From: Macrostomum lignano
Lineage: Eukaryota
Length of the DNA stretch: 64,000 nt
Assembly (NCBI GenBank): GCA_002269645.1
Contig: NIVC01000926.1
Coordinates: forward strand, 186,001-250,000
Reading direction: 5' to 3'
Positions within the stretch are counted from its first letter, which is position 1. Every line of letters begins with the position of its first letter. The position numbers and the translations under genes were made by a program. Shown here one piece after another: positions 35,606-46,775 of this stretch. The notes beneath the pieces are model-generated. The model worked only from the letters and a program-made list of their open reading frames with translations. It was not told where the DNA came from and did not search any database.

Positions 35606-36497
35606 AGGTGAGACTGAGATATCGATGCTGCGTGAACTGTCTGGATAAGAGTAGTCTGGGCTGGTTAAAATAATTTTTCCTACTGGAACTGGTGTTACCT
35701 CAACGGTCTACTGACAGTAGCACATCAAGAATGCTTTAATTTTTATTCGCCGTTTTTAGTTTGAATTAAATCAGATGTCAAAGGACTTGTTACGGACTCA
35801 CAAAATGAGTCAGGACAGAAAGGACTGAAATCGGACCCCCCAAAATTACGCTGAAAATAGAACAAAATATCCTCGAAAAACACCGAAAAAGACATTAACA
35901 GTCGGTTTAAAGTCTTAATTGACAAAAAAATTTTTTTGGAAATCAGCTCATGGGGGACCAATCCGAGTCCGATCAGGGTCCGCCGGACTCAACCTTTTAC
36001 ACTGGGAAAGTGCCCGTGAAAATTATTTTCCTAGATGGAAGATTTCTAGCATTGTAGTTTATTTCTCCCAAATAATTTTTTTTAATGGGTAGAACTAATT
36101 TAGGAGTAGCTCTGGGTCTAGGTAATTGAGTTGGGTAGGGTAGGTAATAGGTGCAAAGTGACCTGTCTTACGCTATTTTGTGATTTGGAGATGTTTTTTA
36201 TACTTTTAAGTAAATAAGTAACTACTAACTGCATGGATTGACTGTATACCACTGATTTCTTCACCATGTGTAGTTACTTCTGCATATAAGACGTAAAATG
36301 CAACTGACTTTAAAATAATTCCGTTGCGGATTGTGGATCTCTATAACTACTAGCTTTCAAGTTTCAACAAACAAATAAGAACTAATGCAAGGGAGCCAGC
36401 TATGTCGCCTTAAGGCGGGCAGGCGCCTGACGGAGCCAGTCGGTAATGGCTGTTTTAACTATATTTGATTCGCACTTGCCCGACTTGCTACCCTGGA

Positions 36498-37690
36498 CTA
36501 CCAGTCGCCTAACCAAGGAAATTGTGTTAGCAAAATCCTTGAAGGCAGCCTTTCCACCTCTTTTGCCTTCGTAATTAAAAGACAGCCAATTAACCTAAAA
36601 ACGGCTTTGTGCTGAGAATCAGAAACCATGCAGCCGATATAGGAGGCCAGCATGGTTGATTGTTTAGGAATCCTTAAGTACTGTTCCAGCTGATGCAATT
36701 CGTCCTTTGTGCTTACTGGCAGCACAAAGGGCAAATTTAGCTTTGCAAGCTGGGGCATTTGACGACTAGCCGCCAGTTGTTTTAGCAGCTGGTTATTTTC
36801 CTTCGCTAAAGAAAATGTGGAGCAAACTAAACGCATAAAGTCGTCTCGTCATCTCCCGTGTAACGGAAGTTTTCCTCTGCGCATAATTGCAACAAAAAAC
36901 TTGTACCCAATGGAGCAGCATTATCCGCATGTCGCGATGGGCTAGGAGTCAAATGACTGTCCAGTAGGCCTGGTCCAATGGTGTCGTCATCATCACTGGT
37001 GTATTCAAGCGAGCAGCCAGCTGCCGATTGTACCGGTGTAGGAAGACTGAATTGATAAGGTTAAAGAGCATGACAATTAAGCTTTCAAAAGCAAATATTT
37101 TAGTGGTTTGGATTATACATTGAAATCACCCAGGCCCGCACTTACACCGACCGACCAGAGAAATTCATGCTAGCGGCTGTTTCTTGTCGTTGAACCGAGC
37201 TGCAGGCGCTTGCAGACTGTCCAGCTGCTGAGTGATTTGAGCTAGCGACGCTAGCAGCAGATGCTTACTTCTGTCGTTGAACCGAGTTGTAGCTAGCTGC
37301 ATAGTGCTTTATAAAGAATGAACAAACGTATAATTCGGTTGAAAGTTGCACATGGTTAGCACACGCACGATTTTATTTTAGCATGCAAGGAAATAAAAAG
37401 AAAATAACTAATAGTTGAATCGATAAGCAAAGGGTGAGCAAAGCTCGGAGCCAATCGCTGGTCTCAGCCCAAGACAGTCCCAACCTCGTTGAACACGCGG
37501 CCAAGATGATAGCGCATTGTAATTTAGTCGATCGGCACTCGGGATACAATGCAGCACCTATCCCGGCGAGCCCGGGATCATCTGCCGGATCATCAAGTGG
37601 CTCCTCCTTTGTCCATTCTGGCTCTGACGTTTCTTCGACAAAGCTGTCTGTGTCTGCAGTGGAAGACTCAACCGAGCCAAAAACTGCAAC
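36498..37690 (-). mobile_element. Fragment of a second CMC-like element: transposase N-terminal-like piece and DUF4806-like piece
   Basis: LYPECRSTKLQCAIILAACSTRLGLSWAETSDWLRALL (37430-37600); LPVSTKDELHQLEQYL..LASYIG..VFRLI (36500-36830). Confidence 0.55.
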
Positions 37691-40600
37691 TGAAGTACAG
37701 GCTTCTTCGGTGTCGTCTAGAGATGGCCTGGTAGGTCTTGAAATCCCACCGCTGCCACCAGTGAAGTACAAGCGTCTTGCCTGTGACTGTTGACTAGACC
37801 GCTGCCACCAGTGTCGTGTCTGCTGGCTTCCTCGAGCTGTCTCGGAAGGGCTGGCCGATCTTCTAGCTCCTGGCAGAGGCGTCTAGTTGGATGTTTCTTA
37901 GAACTAGTTCTCGTAGCGTAGGTAGTGCTGCCACCAGCTTCGCAGAGTCGCAGCCTTCGGTGAGGTGCTTAGCTCGTAGAAGCAAATAACTAAGACGAGA
38001 GAGAAAGTTAAGCACTTCGTGCTGATTTAGCAGTTTTCGAACAGAAGCGTCCACAGTCAGCAGTCCCTGCCGGGTTAGTGCAGGGTGAGAGCGATGGTGC
38101 TAGCTTCGGGTGGTCAAAGCTGCCCTGCTAATAGATAGCAGGAACAATCAGAAGCAAGCACGCGCAAAGTCGGGAGTCTTGGGAGTCCAAACTTAGGCTC
38201 AAACTTGGCACACCAACTTAGAGACTTGAACTGAGAGAATCTCCGAGGAAGGGCTGAGGAACGGGCGAAAACGGGTGGAAAACGGGGCGAACGTGCTTGT
38301 CTGAACCAAGCCGTGAGAGGGGCTGCATTTATACGGAGAATCGATTGCACCATAGCACGAAAGACCCCCGCTGAGAGTCATGAGTGACTCTGTTGCTATT
38401 CTTAGCAACAAACAAGCGGGCCTCGCCTCAGAGGAGGCAGGGTGGTCCGGGCGCACGTGATCTCCCCATAAACACGAGCCCAACGCACAATGATGAAATC
38501 ATTGCACTTTGGACTAAAGAAGGAAGAAGGCCCTGTCATGTGACTGGCTGACATGACAAGGGGAAAAGCCCCACAAGTGAACGCACTCGTGACCTTGGGA
38601 CCGGAAAACAGAACGGCACTCCAAATTTGGAGATGCCAAACAGAGAACGAAACAGTGGCAGGCCAGACCAAGCTGTCTGGGACTGCGAAACGAGAGCGCG
38701 GGACAAAAAAAGCAAACGAGGACAAACAGACAGACAAACATGCAAGGGACAGGCCAAAGGACAGGTGAGAAGGGACAGACAACTGCCCAGCGGCAGACAT
38801 AAGTCTGGGGCGAGGGCGAGGGAAACAGCTGACTAGTGCGGCACCTAACTAAATAGCGACTGACTACACTCTCCCCGTTCAAATAAAGAGGCGGAGTGAA
38901 GCGGCGCGCGCTTTATTTAAAATTCAAACAAACAAATGCAGGTTTTAATAAAAAAGTTCGAACGTGAAAATGCTGCGGTAAAATTACTGCTGGGAGATGG
39001 CTGCTAAAAATGATAATGTTGGCTGAGCGAAGGCCGCAAAAGATGGAGGCCCATACCGCGGGAGCGTTGGCCCGCTACTGAACGCCTAAATATTGGTGTG
39101 GGGAGCCATTTCACAAAAGAAAAAAAGGCGCCTAAACACGCGTGAAGGCATCTGCTTCCCTAACCGAGAGTGAGCACTGGGTTGGCGAGAACGTCTCAAA
39201 CCGTAATAAGCAAGGGTTAGCCTAAGGTACTTCCCGCACAGGCAAGACTTAAGGTGCTCCCCCAGAGAGAAGGGACCTGAGCTAATTAGCATGAGTTCCG
39301 AGCGACATGCTGCGCCGGAACAAAACAAAAGAAACAACTAAAAAAGGGGAACCTCAAGCAGCAGGCCCCAAGAACAACTGTGGGAGCATGCTTGAGCGTA
39401 GTCAGGGTTAAAATGCGAATCCTTCAACATGTTTCAGATGTACCGCGTCGACGGCCGGGCCAGGGCCGCCGGCAGATCCGCTTCGCTGCCGCCGAGATTC
39501 CGGGCGATCTCGATCGCCGCCCGGTGTACGGCGTACGGGCGGTACGGTTGCTGCAGATCTGGGCCGCCCAGACGAACGGCCTCGAGCAGGGCCGTCAGCA
39601 GTGGCCTCCGAGGTCTTGTCCGGGCAAATCTCTAAGTAGTGGCAGTCAGCATGGGCATCTCGGCGGAGGGCTGAGGTATCAGTGGCCTCCGGGTTGGTGT
39701 CCAGACTGGTCTCCAGGCGTTGACTGCAGCGATGGTCGTCGTGCTGAAGGGCTGCTGGTGCAGTGGCCTCCAGGTCTTCGGCCAGGGCAGTTTCGGCCTC
39801 CACGTTGCGAGTGTGGACCTTCTTCGAGAGGGCTGCTCTTGCAGTGGCCTCACGTGTGGTGTCCAAGTCCGGCTCCAGGCTGGTGTCATCACCGTGTCGG
39901 GCTGCGGAACCGGGGTGCTCCAGCAGTCGGCCATGATCGAAGTCAACCGGTGGTGTCTCCGGGCGTCTTGACAGGGCGTCAGCGTTGGCTTGGTCCTTGC
40001 CTTTGCGATGGTGAAGCTGGAAGCGGAACTCGCTTAATCGCTCAATCCAACGGCCCAAGATGCCTGTGACCTGCGTCTGGTTCAGCAGCCACAGCAAGGC
40101 CCGATGGTCAGAACGAACTTCAAACTTCTTGCCGATTAAATAATCACGGAAATGTCGCATCGCGTCCACAATTGCAATCAGCTCCTTCTTCGTGACCGTG
40201 TAGCGCTTCTCAGGATCACGAAGTTTCCAGCTAAAAATGCAATCGGGCGCTCGACGCCGTCACATTGTCGTTGTCCAAGACAAGCGCCTATGTGAATGTC
40301 TGAGGCATCAGTGTCTAGGACAAACTTCAAATCAGGATCTGTTAAACTCAGGCAGAGCGAGATCTTCAGTCGAACATAACTTCTTCAACGTGTCGAACGC
40401 TACCTGGTGCTCATCAGTCCAATGCTGCCGCAGGGAGCATTTCGAGTCAGGGCATGCACCGGCGCAGCAAATCCAGCGTAGCCGTAGACAAACTTGTGGT
40501 AGTAATTGGCGAGGCCTAGGAATTGTCTCAGTTGAGTAACTGATTGCGGCACGGGCCAATCACGAATCTGCGCAATCTTGTCCTCACAGGTCTTCAGTCC

Positions 40601-41330
40601 GTTGGGAGTCACGACGTGACCTAGATAATGGAGCTACTTGAGGAACAAATAGCACTTTTTTGGCTTGACCTCGAGGTTGGCTGCGATGATCCGCTGGAGT
40701 ACAGTCCGCAGGTTGTCCAGCTGCTCCTCGAAGGTCAGTGAGTACACCACGATGTCATCCATGTAGCCAAGCGCAGTCTTTGGCGTCAGGCCGTCCAGGA
40801 GCTTATTAATGCAACGCTGAAAACTGCCTGGACTATCGTAGACACCCATCGGTATAACATTGAATCAAAATTGTCCGCGGTCAATCACAGAGAACGCCGT
40901 TAGGTGCTGATCGCAGTCGCGCAGCGGGATCTGCCAGAATCCTTGGGCAAGATCCATGCTTGAGTACCACTGGGCACCACGCAGCTTCGCAAAGGTCTCC
41001 TAAATATGCGGCAGCGGGTACGAGTGGTACACGCACTTGTCGTTGAGAGCTCTGAAGTCATGCACCAGCCTGATGTTGCCGTCCTTCTTGGGCACTATCA
41101 GCATCGGCGAGTTGTAACTAGAGTAGGCGGGGCGAATGATGTGCTTCGCCAGCATTTCGTCTAGCAGAGCGTCGAGCTTGTCGTTCAGATAAAGCGGAAT
41201 CTTGGCTCGGCTCCGGCTGGTAAGAGTTTCTATCGCGACGATCACGGCTCATTCTTCTCTGTTGACGGTACTGAAACCCATAATCGCGCCTCAAATCAGC
41301 TTGTTGTTGCGGCTGTCTGTCATCAACCCA
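37691..41330 (-). mobile_element. Ty3/Gypsy remnant (family B): decayed RT-RNase H, PPT, 3' LTR 37691-38868
   Basis: PPT GGGGAGAG (38869-38876) directly before TGTAGT; LTR ends GTACTTCA at 37691. Confidence 0.82.
39408..41245 (-). pseudogene. pol: pol remnant (RT + RNase H), several stops and frameshifts; no recognisable integrase
   Basis: IIRPAYSSYNSPMLIVPKKDG..HDFRALN, SMDLAQGFWQI, LGYMDD, FLGLANYY, FEVRSDHRAL, NADALSR. Confidence 0.92.
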
Positions 41331-41699
41331 GCAAATATAAATATAAATATAAATAGCTATAAACATAGAAAATTATCTAACAAAACTAAAGAAAATCAAT
41401 TTTTAAGCACTTAGCAATGTCCTCTATATAAAATAGAGCTAAATAAAATAGATTAAAATGATAATTGAATGTTAAAACAATAGAACTAGAAAAGCATTGC
41501 ATTTGCTGATTCTAACCTTCAAAGTCTATAGGCATAGCCTATTTTCAATTCTATTGAACTCAGTTCAACTTCAATTCAGTTCTTTTGAATTAGTTGATAA
41601 GAATTCAGGACTAAATAAAAGTAGGCGTAATTGTCAGCTAGACACCACAAAGGTTTACAACAAAGATCAATGTCATTTAGATAGGAATAATGGCAAGCT

Positions 41700-44250
41700 T
41701 GTGACGTTGCTACTCGTAGTTTAAGGTGGTCCCGCAAAAGGGCCGTTGGACTGTAGTTTCCCTTGAAATTTCTCATTTTAATTTCTCCAATAGTTTATTT
41801 TAACGGTTACTTGTAATAGCGTGCAAATAATCTGTATCAATGGCTAATTCACTGTGTATTTGGTAGGCCTTGCGTTCGTCTGTAAAATTTAGCACGATCG
41901 ATAATTTCAAGTTCTCTCGCCAGCCAATGAAAACTCTCCGTGTTTTATGCTAACCCTTCTGCGCTCTTTATTAACCCCCGCCTGGCGGCGGGCTGGGGGC
42001 CTCCTCACTTCTGGCTTCGGCGTCTGGCTCTCGTTTTCCTTCTCTCTCTCCTGGCTGCCTCGAGCCTCCTTATCTCTCGCCACGGCTCCTCTGTCTGGGC
42101 CAGCCTGTTTACACACTGTACTCCACTGTGTACTGCCACGGCTAACGCCAATCTCACCGCTACTTATCTGCCTGTTTACTTACTACTCACTGCCTCCACT
42201 GTGCTCATCGCCATCACTCACTACGTTGCGTCGCCATTGTATCCTTCGCCTGCTACTCGACTTCATCATTCTAAATTACCTTCAAAACCATTGTTGCAGC
42301 CGCCAGTGTCCCAAAGCGCAATAAGTTTTGTATTGACATTAACCAGTTCTAATATTGATCTCAACAATAAATTAACTACGGCAGTTTCCTGCCCTTATAC
42401 GCCAAGTGCTCCGCTACACAATCCGCTTTACAAGAATTGACTTCGATTAATTTTGGGACTACAACGACTTACGACGATTCCCGTTAAACGGCCCTTTTAA
42501 GGGTCCTAGCCACTACGCCAATAACGTGACATAATTTTGGAGGTCCCACCGAGACTCCTGCTCAACACTGCCGGCTTGCAACTAATCACCACCAAGGCTT
42601 CTTCTGCTCAGCACTGCCAGCTCACAATCAAGCGCCATCAAGACTTCTGCTCAGCCCTGCTAGTTCGCAACCAAGCGCCAGCGAGACTCTTGCTCAGCTC
42701 TGCCGGCTCGTGACTGAGCACCTGCCTGCCTCGTCTCCGTGTCGGTCCGCAAGGCTGCGAGAGCCTGTGCCACGCCTGAGGGACGGTCCGCAAGGCTGCG
42801 AGAGCCTGTGCCAAGTCAGGGGCTGTCGTCGCTAGTCAGCGCTGGTCGTCGCCCTGAGCAACGCGAGCTGTCAACTGCGTTGAGCTCGAGCTTACGCTCT
42901 GCCAAAATAGCTCCGCTGCGTGTGCCAAGCCACGCCAGGTTACGCTGTGCGCTGATTATTTGTAGGGCCTATTGCCTGACAGTTAGTCCGGGTGGTTTGC
43001 GTGATAGGACTTTCCCCTATTATAGGCTTTTTGTGGTTTGCCCCTGTCAGGCACGTATTTTTGTTACTAGGACGCAATCTCTCTCGCCTCTCTCGCGTCA
43101 TCAACCTCAATTCGTTTTCTCTGGAACCTTATTTTCATTCACGCTTGCGTCATTTGCCTCACTCAATCTTGCAAAATGTCCGACAACGGGACAACCACGC
43201 TGCAGCGTCATTGGCTGACGGAGATGCCGTCGTGCCAGATCAGGACGCAGTCGATGCCGGCGAACAGCCAGCAGGAGCAGCTGCTGCAGCCGCGCCAGCT
43301 CCTAGCGAGCAACTCTTGCTGACTCAAACCTTAGCCTCTCTTCACCGGATGCTCGAAGAGCGTCTCGCCGTTTCCTCGCCGTCAGCGCCAAATTCCTAGC
43401 CGCCTGCGAAGCCAGACATACGCCTTCGCCCTCCAATAGCTTATCAGCCGAAGATGAACTTTGATACGTGGGAAGCTCAGCTTACTTCGTATCTAGCCAC
43501 TTGCCGCGTTCCCGAGGACCAGAAGTCCGCCATTCTCGTATCTTTACTGTCAGCCGAATGCCAAGAGGTATATCTTAATTACCGGTGTGACCAGTTGCCT
43601 TTCGAATCTGCGCTTCGGTTGCTCAGGGAAAGGTACACCGATGCCAAGAAGAAGGACAACGCCTACGTAGAATTAGTTGCTGCTGTCCAATCTCATAATG
43701 AGCAAATGACTGATTTCTTCGACAGACTGGTCTCCTATTCTAGACTAGCGGGCCTCTCGCTCGCTGAAGCGAAGCCCCTACTCAAGGCCAGATTCTGTCA
43801 TGGGCTGAGGGATAAGGACCTCGCCGAAAAGCTCCTCTTATGGGATCAGGAAACCGACAGTGCCACCTCTGCAGAAGAGCTGATGCAGAAGGCCAAAGAC
43901 CTTGTCGGGGTCCGCCAGCTTCTGCATGTGCCTTCTACTGTAGCCAAGGTTCGTGCCATAGAACCTGACGCTGAGAAGAAAGCGTTAGAACAGAGGGTCG
44001 CCGAGCTTGAGAAAATGGTGACCGACCAGGCCAATAGGTTGAGCCAGACCGCTCCGCCAATCAGGGGCCCACTCGCACAGAGCCCACTGGGGGCCCACCA
44101 CAAGTTAGCCAAGCCTATAGGCAACCAAGGTCAGCTCCTCGCCCTCCACGGACTTGCCACCGATGCGGCCAGACCGACCACCTGATCGCTGACTGTCCAT
44201 CGCCCTCGCCGGGACCACAGTCACCAAAGCAGTCCCGCGGGAGCAGGACT
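41700..44250 (+). mobile_element. Ty3/Gypsy 5' remnant (family C): LTR 41700-42531, tRNA-Gln PBS 42538-42554, repeat-containing leader, gag
   Basis: TGTGACGTT...AACGTGACA; TGGAGGTCCCACCGAGA matches the metazoan tRNA-Gln(UUG) 3' end; ~45-bp repeats at 42555-42720. Confidence 0.87.
43176..44245 (+). pseudogene. gag: gag with stop (43397) and frameshifts
   Basis: FDTWEAQLTSYL..KSAILVSLL..QSHNEQMTDFFDRL..RFCHGLRD; CHRCGQTDHLIADC knuckle in a shifted frame near 44155-44200. Confidence 0.85.
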
Positions 44251-44422
44251 GCTTAAAGTTCTTAAAGTCTTAAAGTTTAAAGTCTTAAAGTTTAAAGTTA
44301 AAGGTCTTAAAGTTTAAAGTTAAAGGTCTTAAAGTTTAGATTTTTTAGCTCATGAGTTGCTACAGTAAGTAATGACTAACAGCAATTAAAAAATCAATAT
44401 ATTTAACAGCTATACACAATTA

Positions 44423-45090
44423 CCTTTACCCCAGCCTGGCGCACGGTCTGCCGCAGGAGGCTGTACGCCTCGGCAATTAATTTGAAATCAAGGCCACTAG
44501 TCTGTTGAAAGTTAAAATAAAATAAGGTTCAAATGATTTTGTTTAAATAATTACTGATTGTTATTGCGAGTAGGAATTCTTGGCATGAAAGTACCAAAAT
44601 GTGCTTGTTTGACTAATTTTTTAAACATAAAACTTACCGAGGACTGCTGCTCTTCAGCCGCTGAGTCTAGCCTTTTCCTTTTGCGGTTGTTGGCTGTGGC
44701 GGCGGCTTGAGTGGCAGGTGCGGCGGCAAATTAATTGGCCACGCCCCGCTGGCCAAACAAGTCTCAAAGCTGCTTTTATAATTGTTGGCATACAACAGGA
44801 GCACTTTGCAGCCTTCTTCAGAGAAAATTTTATTTAGATCAGCTGAATTTTTTCCGTGATCGTTCTTGATGTGTATGCGAAGGCCTGTTTGTTGCCGGAA
44901 GACCTTGCACTCTGGGCACATCATAATGCCGCACTTTTTTTTGGCATGTAAGTACCTCATCGTCTCGTCCACTGCCAAGAGACTGGCTCCATGTTTGTCA
45001 GATAAATGTGTTCTGAGATTATCTGATCTCATTTGCTCCTTGTTTTCGCAATTGTAAGCTGGACACGCAAAATGTGAAGCCATCTGACTG
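44423..45090 (-). pseudogene. Spliced gene fragment with two C2H2-like zinc fingers
   Basis: CPAYNC..LRTHLSDKH and CPEC..LRIHIKNDH; GT-AG boundaries near 44636 and 44500; frameshift near 44680. Confidence 0.5.
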
Positions 45091-46156
45091 CAAGTGAAAT
45101 AGATTACAGCTTTTTTACAGTGATTTGTAAATAAATTTATTGTGTAATGATACACAGCTTTCTATAGTTAAGACATCAGATAAATAATATTTTTTCTCAA
45201 AATAATACATTGACTAAAATGAATCAAAGTAAGTAATTCAGTAACTTTTTACCATCAAGTTACTAAATAAAGGTTAAAACTAGCTATGGAACTATCTAAA
45301 AATTTGTTTGAAACTAGCAGTGGCTACAAATCTATGTTTAAAGCGAAAATATTTGCTTCGCTGTTGTACTTGGATGTACTTGCTCTGAAATTCGGCGCAA
45401 CTCAGACGACACCGAGGTTACGACTTTGACTGACTGGTACACGAATGCTAAGCAGAGCGATACCGAGTTTCAACCTCTGGGTGCTCCGTGTCCATCAGGT
45501 GCGGTTGGCGGCTCTTCTGACCAAAGGGGAAACAACAGGCGAGTTGTTATGCAACTACCGGTTTCGCACGAATCCTTCCCTGATGTAGACGAAATTGTCT
45601 TGGACTTTGGAGAAGGAATAAAGGTGCGCGTGTTCATTGTACATGTAACTTATTTAATGTTTAGTATCTTTCTGTAGGACAGATCTATGCACTCTAATTT
45701 ACTACAGTATTGTATATTACTCAGTCAAGAATGTATAAAATTTTGTTTTAAGCAAACTTGTAAATTTTTGTTCATTAATTATACCTTTCTACAGAAGCTA
45801 TACAGACTGGTGCCGTCTGGCGAGAGCCAACTCGAGTCAACACGAATCGACTGGAGTACGCAGGCGGATGAAAGAAGTAGAATGTCATGCGAAGATTTCT
45901 CTGGCAGTTCAAGAAATCAGTGAGTTATTGAAGCACATGTGTTGAAAAGCCATCACAAGTAAATTTTAGCATGGAAAAAGAATTGCTACATTGGCCCTAC
46001 ATGCTAAAATTCCTGCTGCATTGGCATTGGCATGAATATGAAGTACCTTTAGATTGGGTGCATAAGTCCAATTTGGATACTAAAATTTAGGATATGGGCT
46101 ATTTAAGATATGGGCTATTTAAAACTTAATTGTAGTTTTGGTACTCCAGTAAGATT

Positions 46157-46775
46157 TCTGAGAATTTCAGCTAAGTAGAGTTGTGAGAATTTCCGCTAAT
46201 ATGGTTTATGAAAATTTCAGCTAATGAGATTTCTGAGAATTTCAGCTATTGGGATGTGTGAGAATGTCAGCTAATGGGAGTTCTGAGACTTTCAGCTAAT
46301 GGGATTTCGGAGAATTTCAGCTAATGGGATTTCGGAGAATTTCAGCTAATGGGAGTTCTGAGAATTTCAGCTAATGGGAGTTCTGAGAATGTCAGCTAAT
46401 GGGGTTTCTGAGAATTTCAGCTAATGGGAGTTCTGAGAATTTCCGCTAATATGGTTTATGAAAATTTCAGCTAATGAGATTTCTGAGAATTTCAGCTATT
46501 GGGATGTGTGAGAATTTCAGCTAATGGGAGTTCTGAGAATGTCAGCTAATGGGAGTTCTGAGAATGTCAGCTAATGGGAGTTCTGAGAATGTCAGCTAAT
46601 GGGATTTCTGAGAATTTCAGCTAATGGGAGTTCTGAGAATTTCAGCTAATATGGTTTATGAAAATTTCAGCTAATGAGATTTCTGAGAATTTCAGCTATT
46701 GGGATGTCTGAGAATGTCAGCTAATGGGAGTTCTGAGAGTTTCAGCTAACGGGAGTTCTGAGAATTTTAGCTATT
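46157..46775. repeat. 25-bp satellite x~25 with higher-order structure
   Basis: GAGAATTTCAGCTAATGGGAGTTCT; variant block GCTAATATGGTTTATG recurs at 46195, 46445 and 46645. Confidence 0.95.

Larger units (their letters stand above)
28814..36006 (+). mobile_element. Complete CMC/EnSpm-like DNA transposon (7193 bp), TSD AA
   Basis: ~29-bp TIR CCCAGTGTAAAA(A/G)GT(C/T)GAGTCCG(A/G)CGGAC at both ends, AA on each side, transposase and divergent accessory gene inside. Confidence 0.88.
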
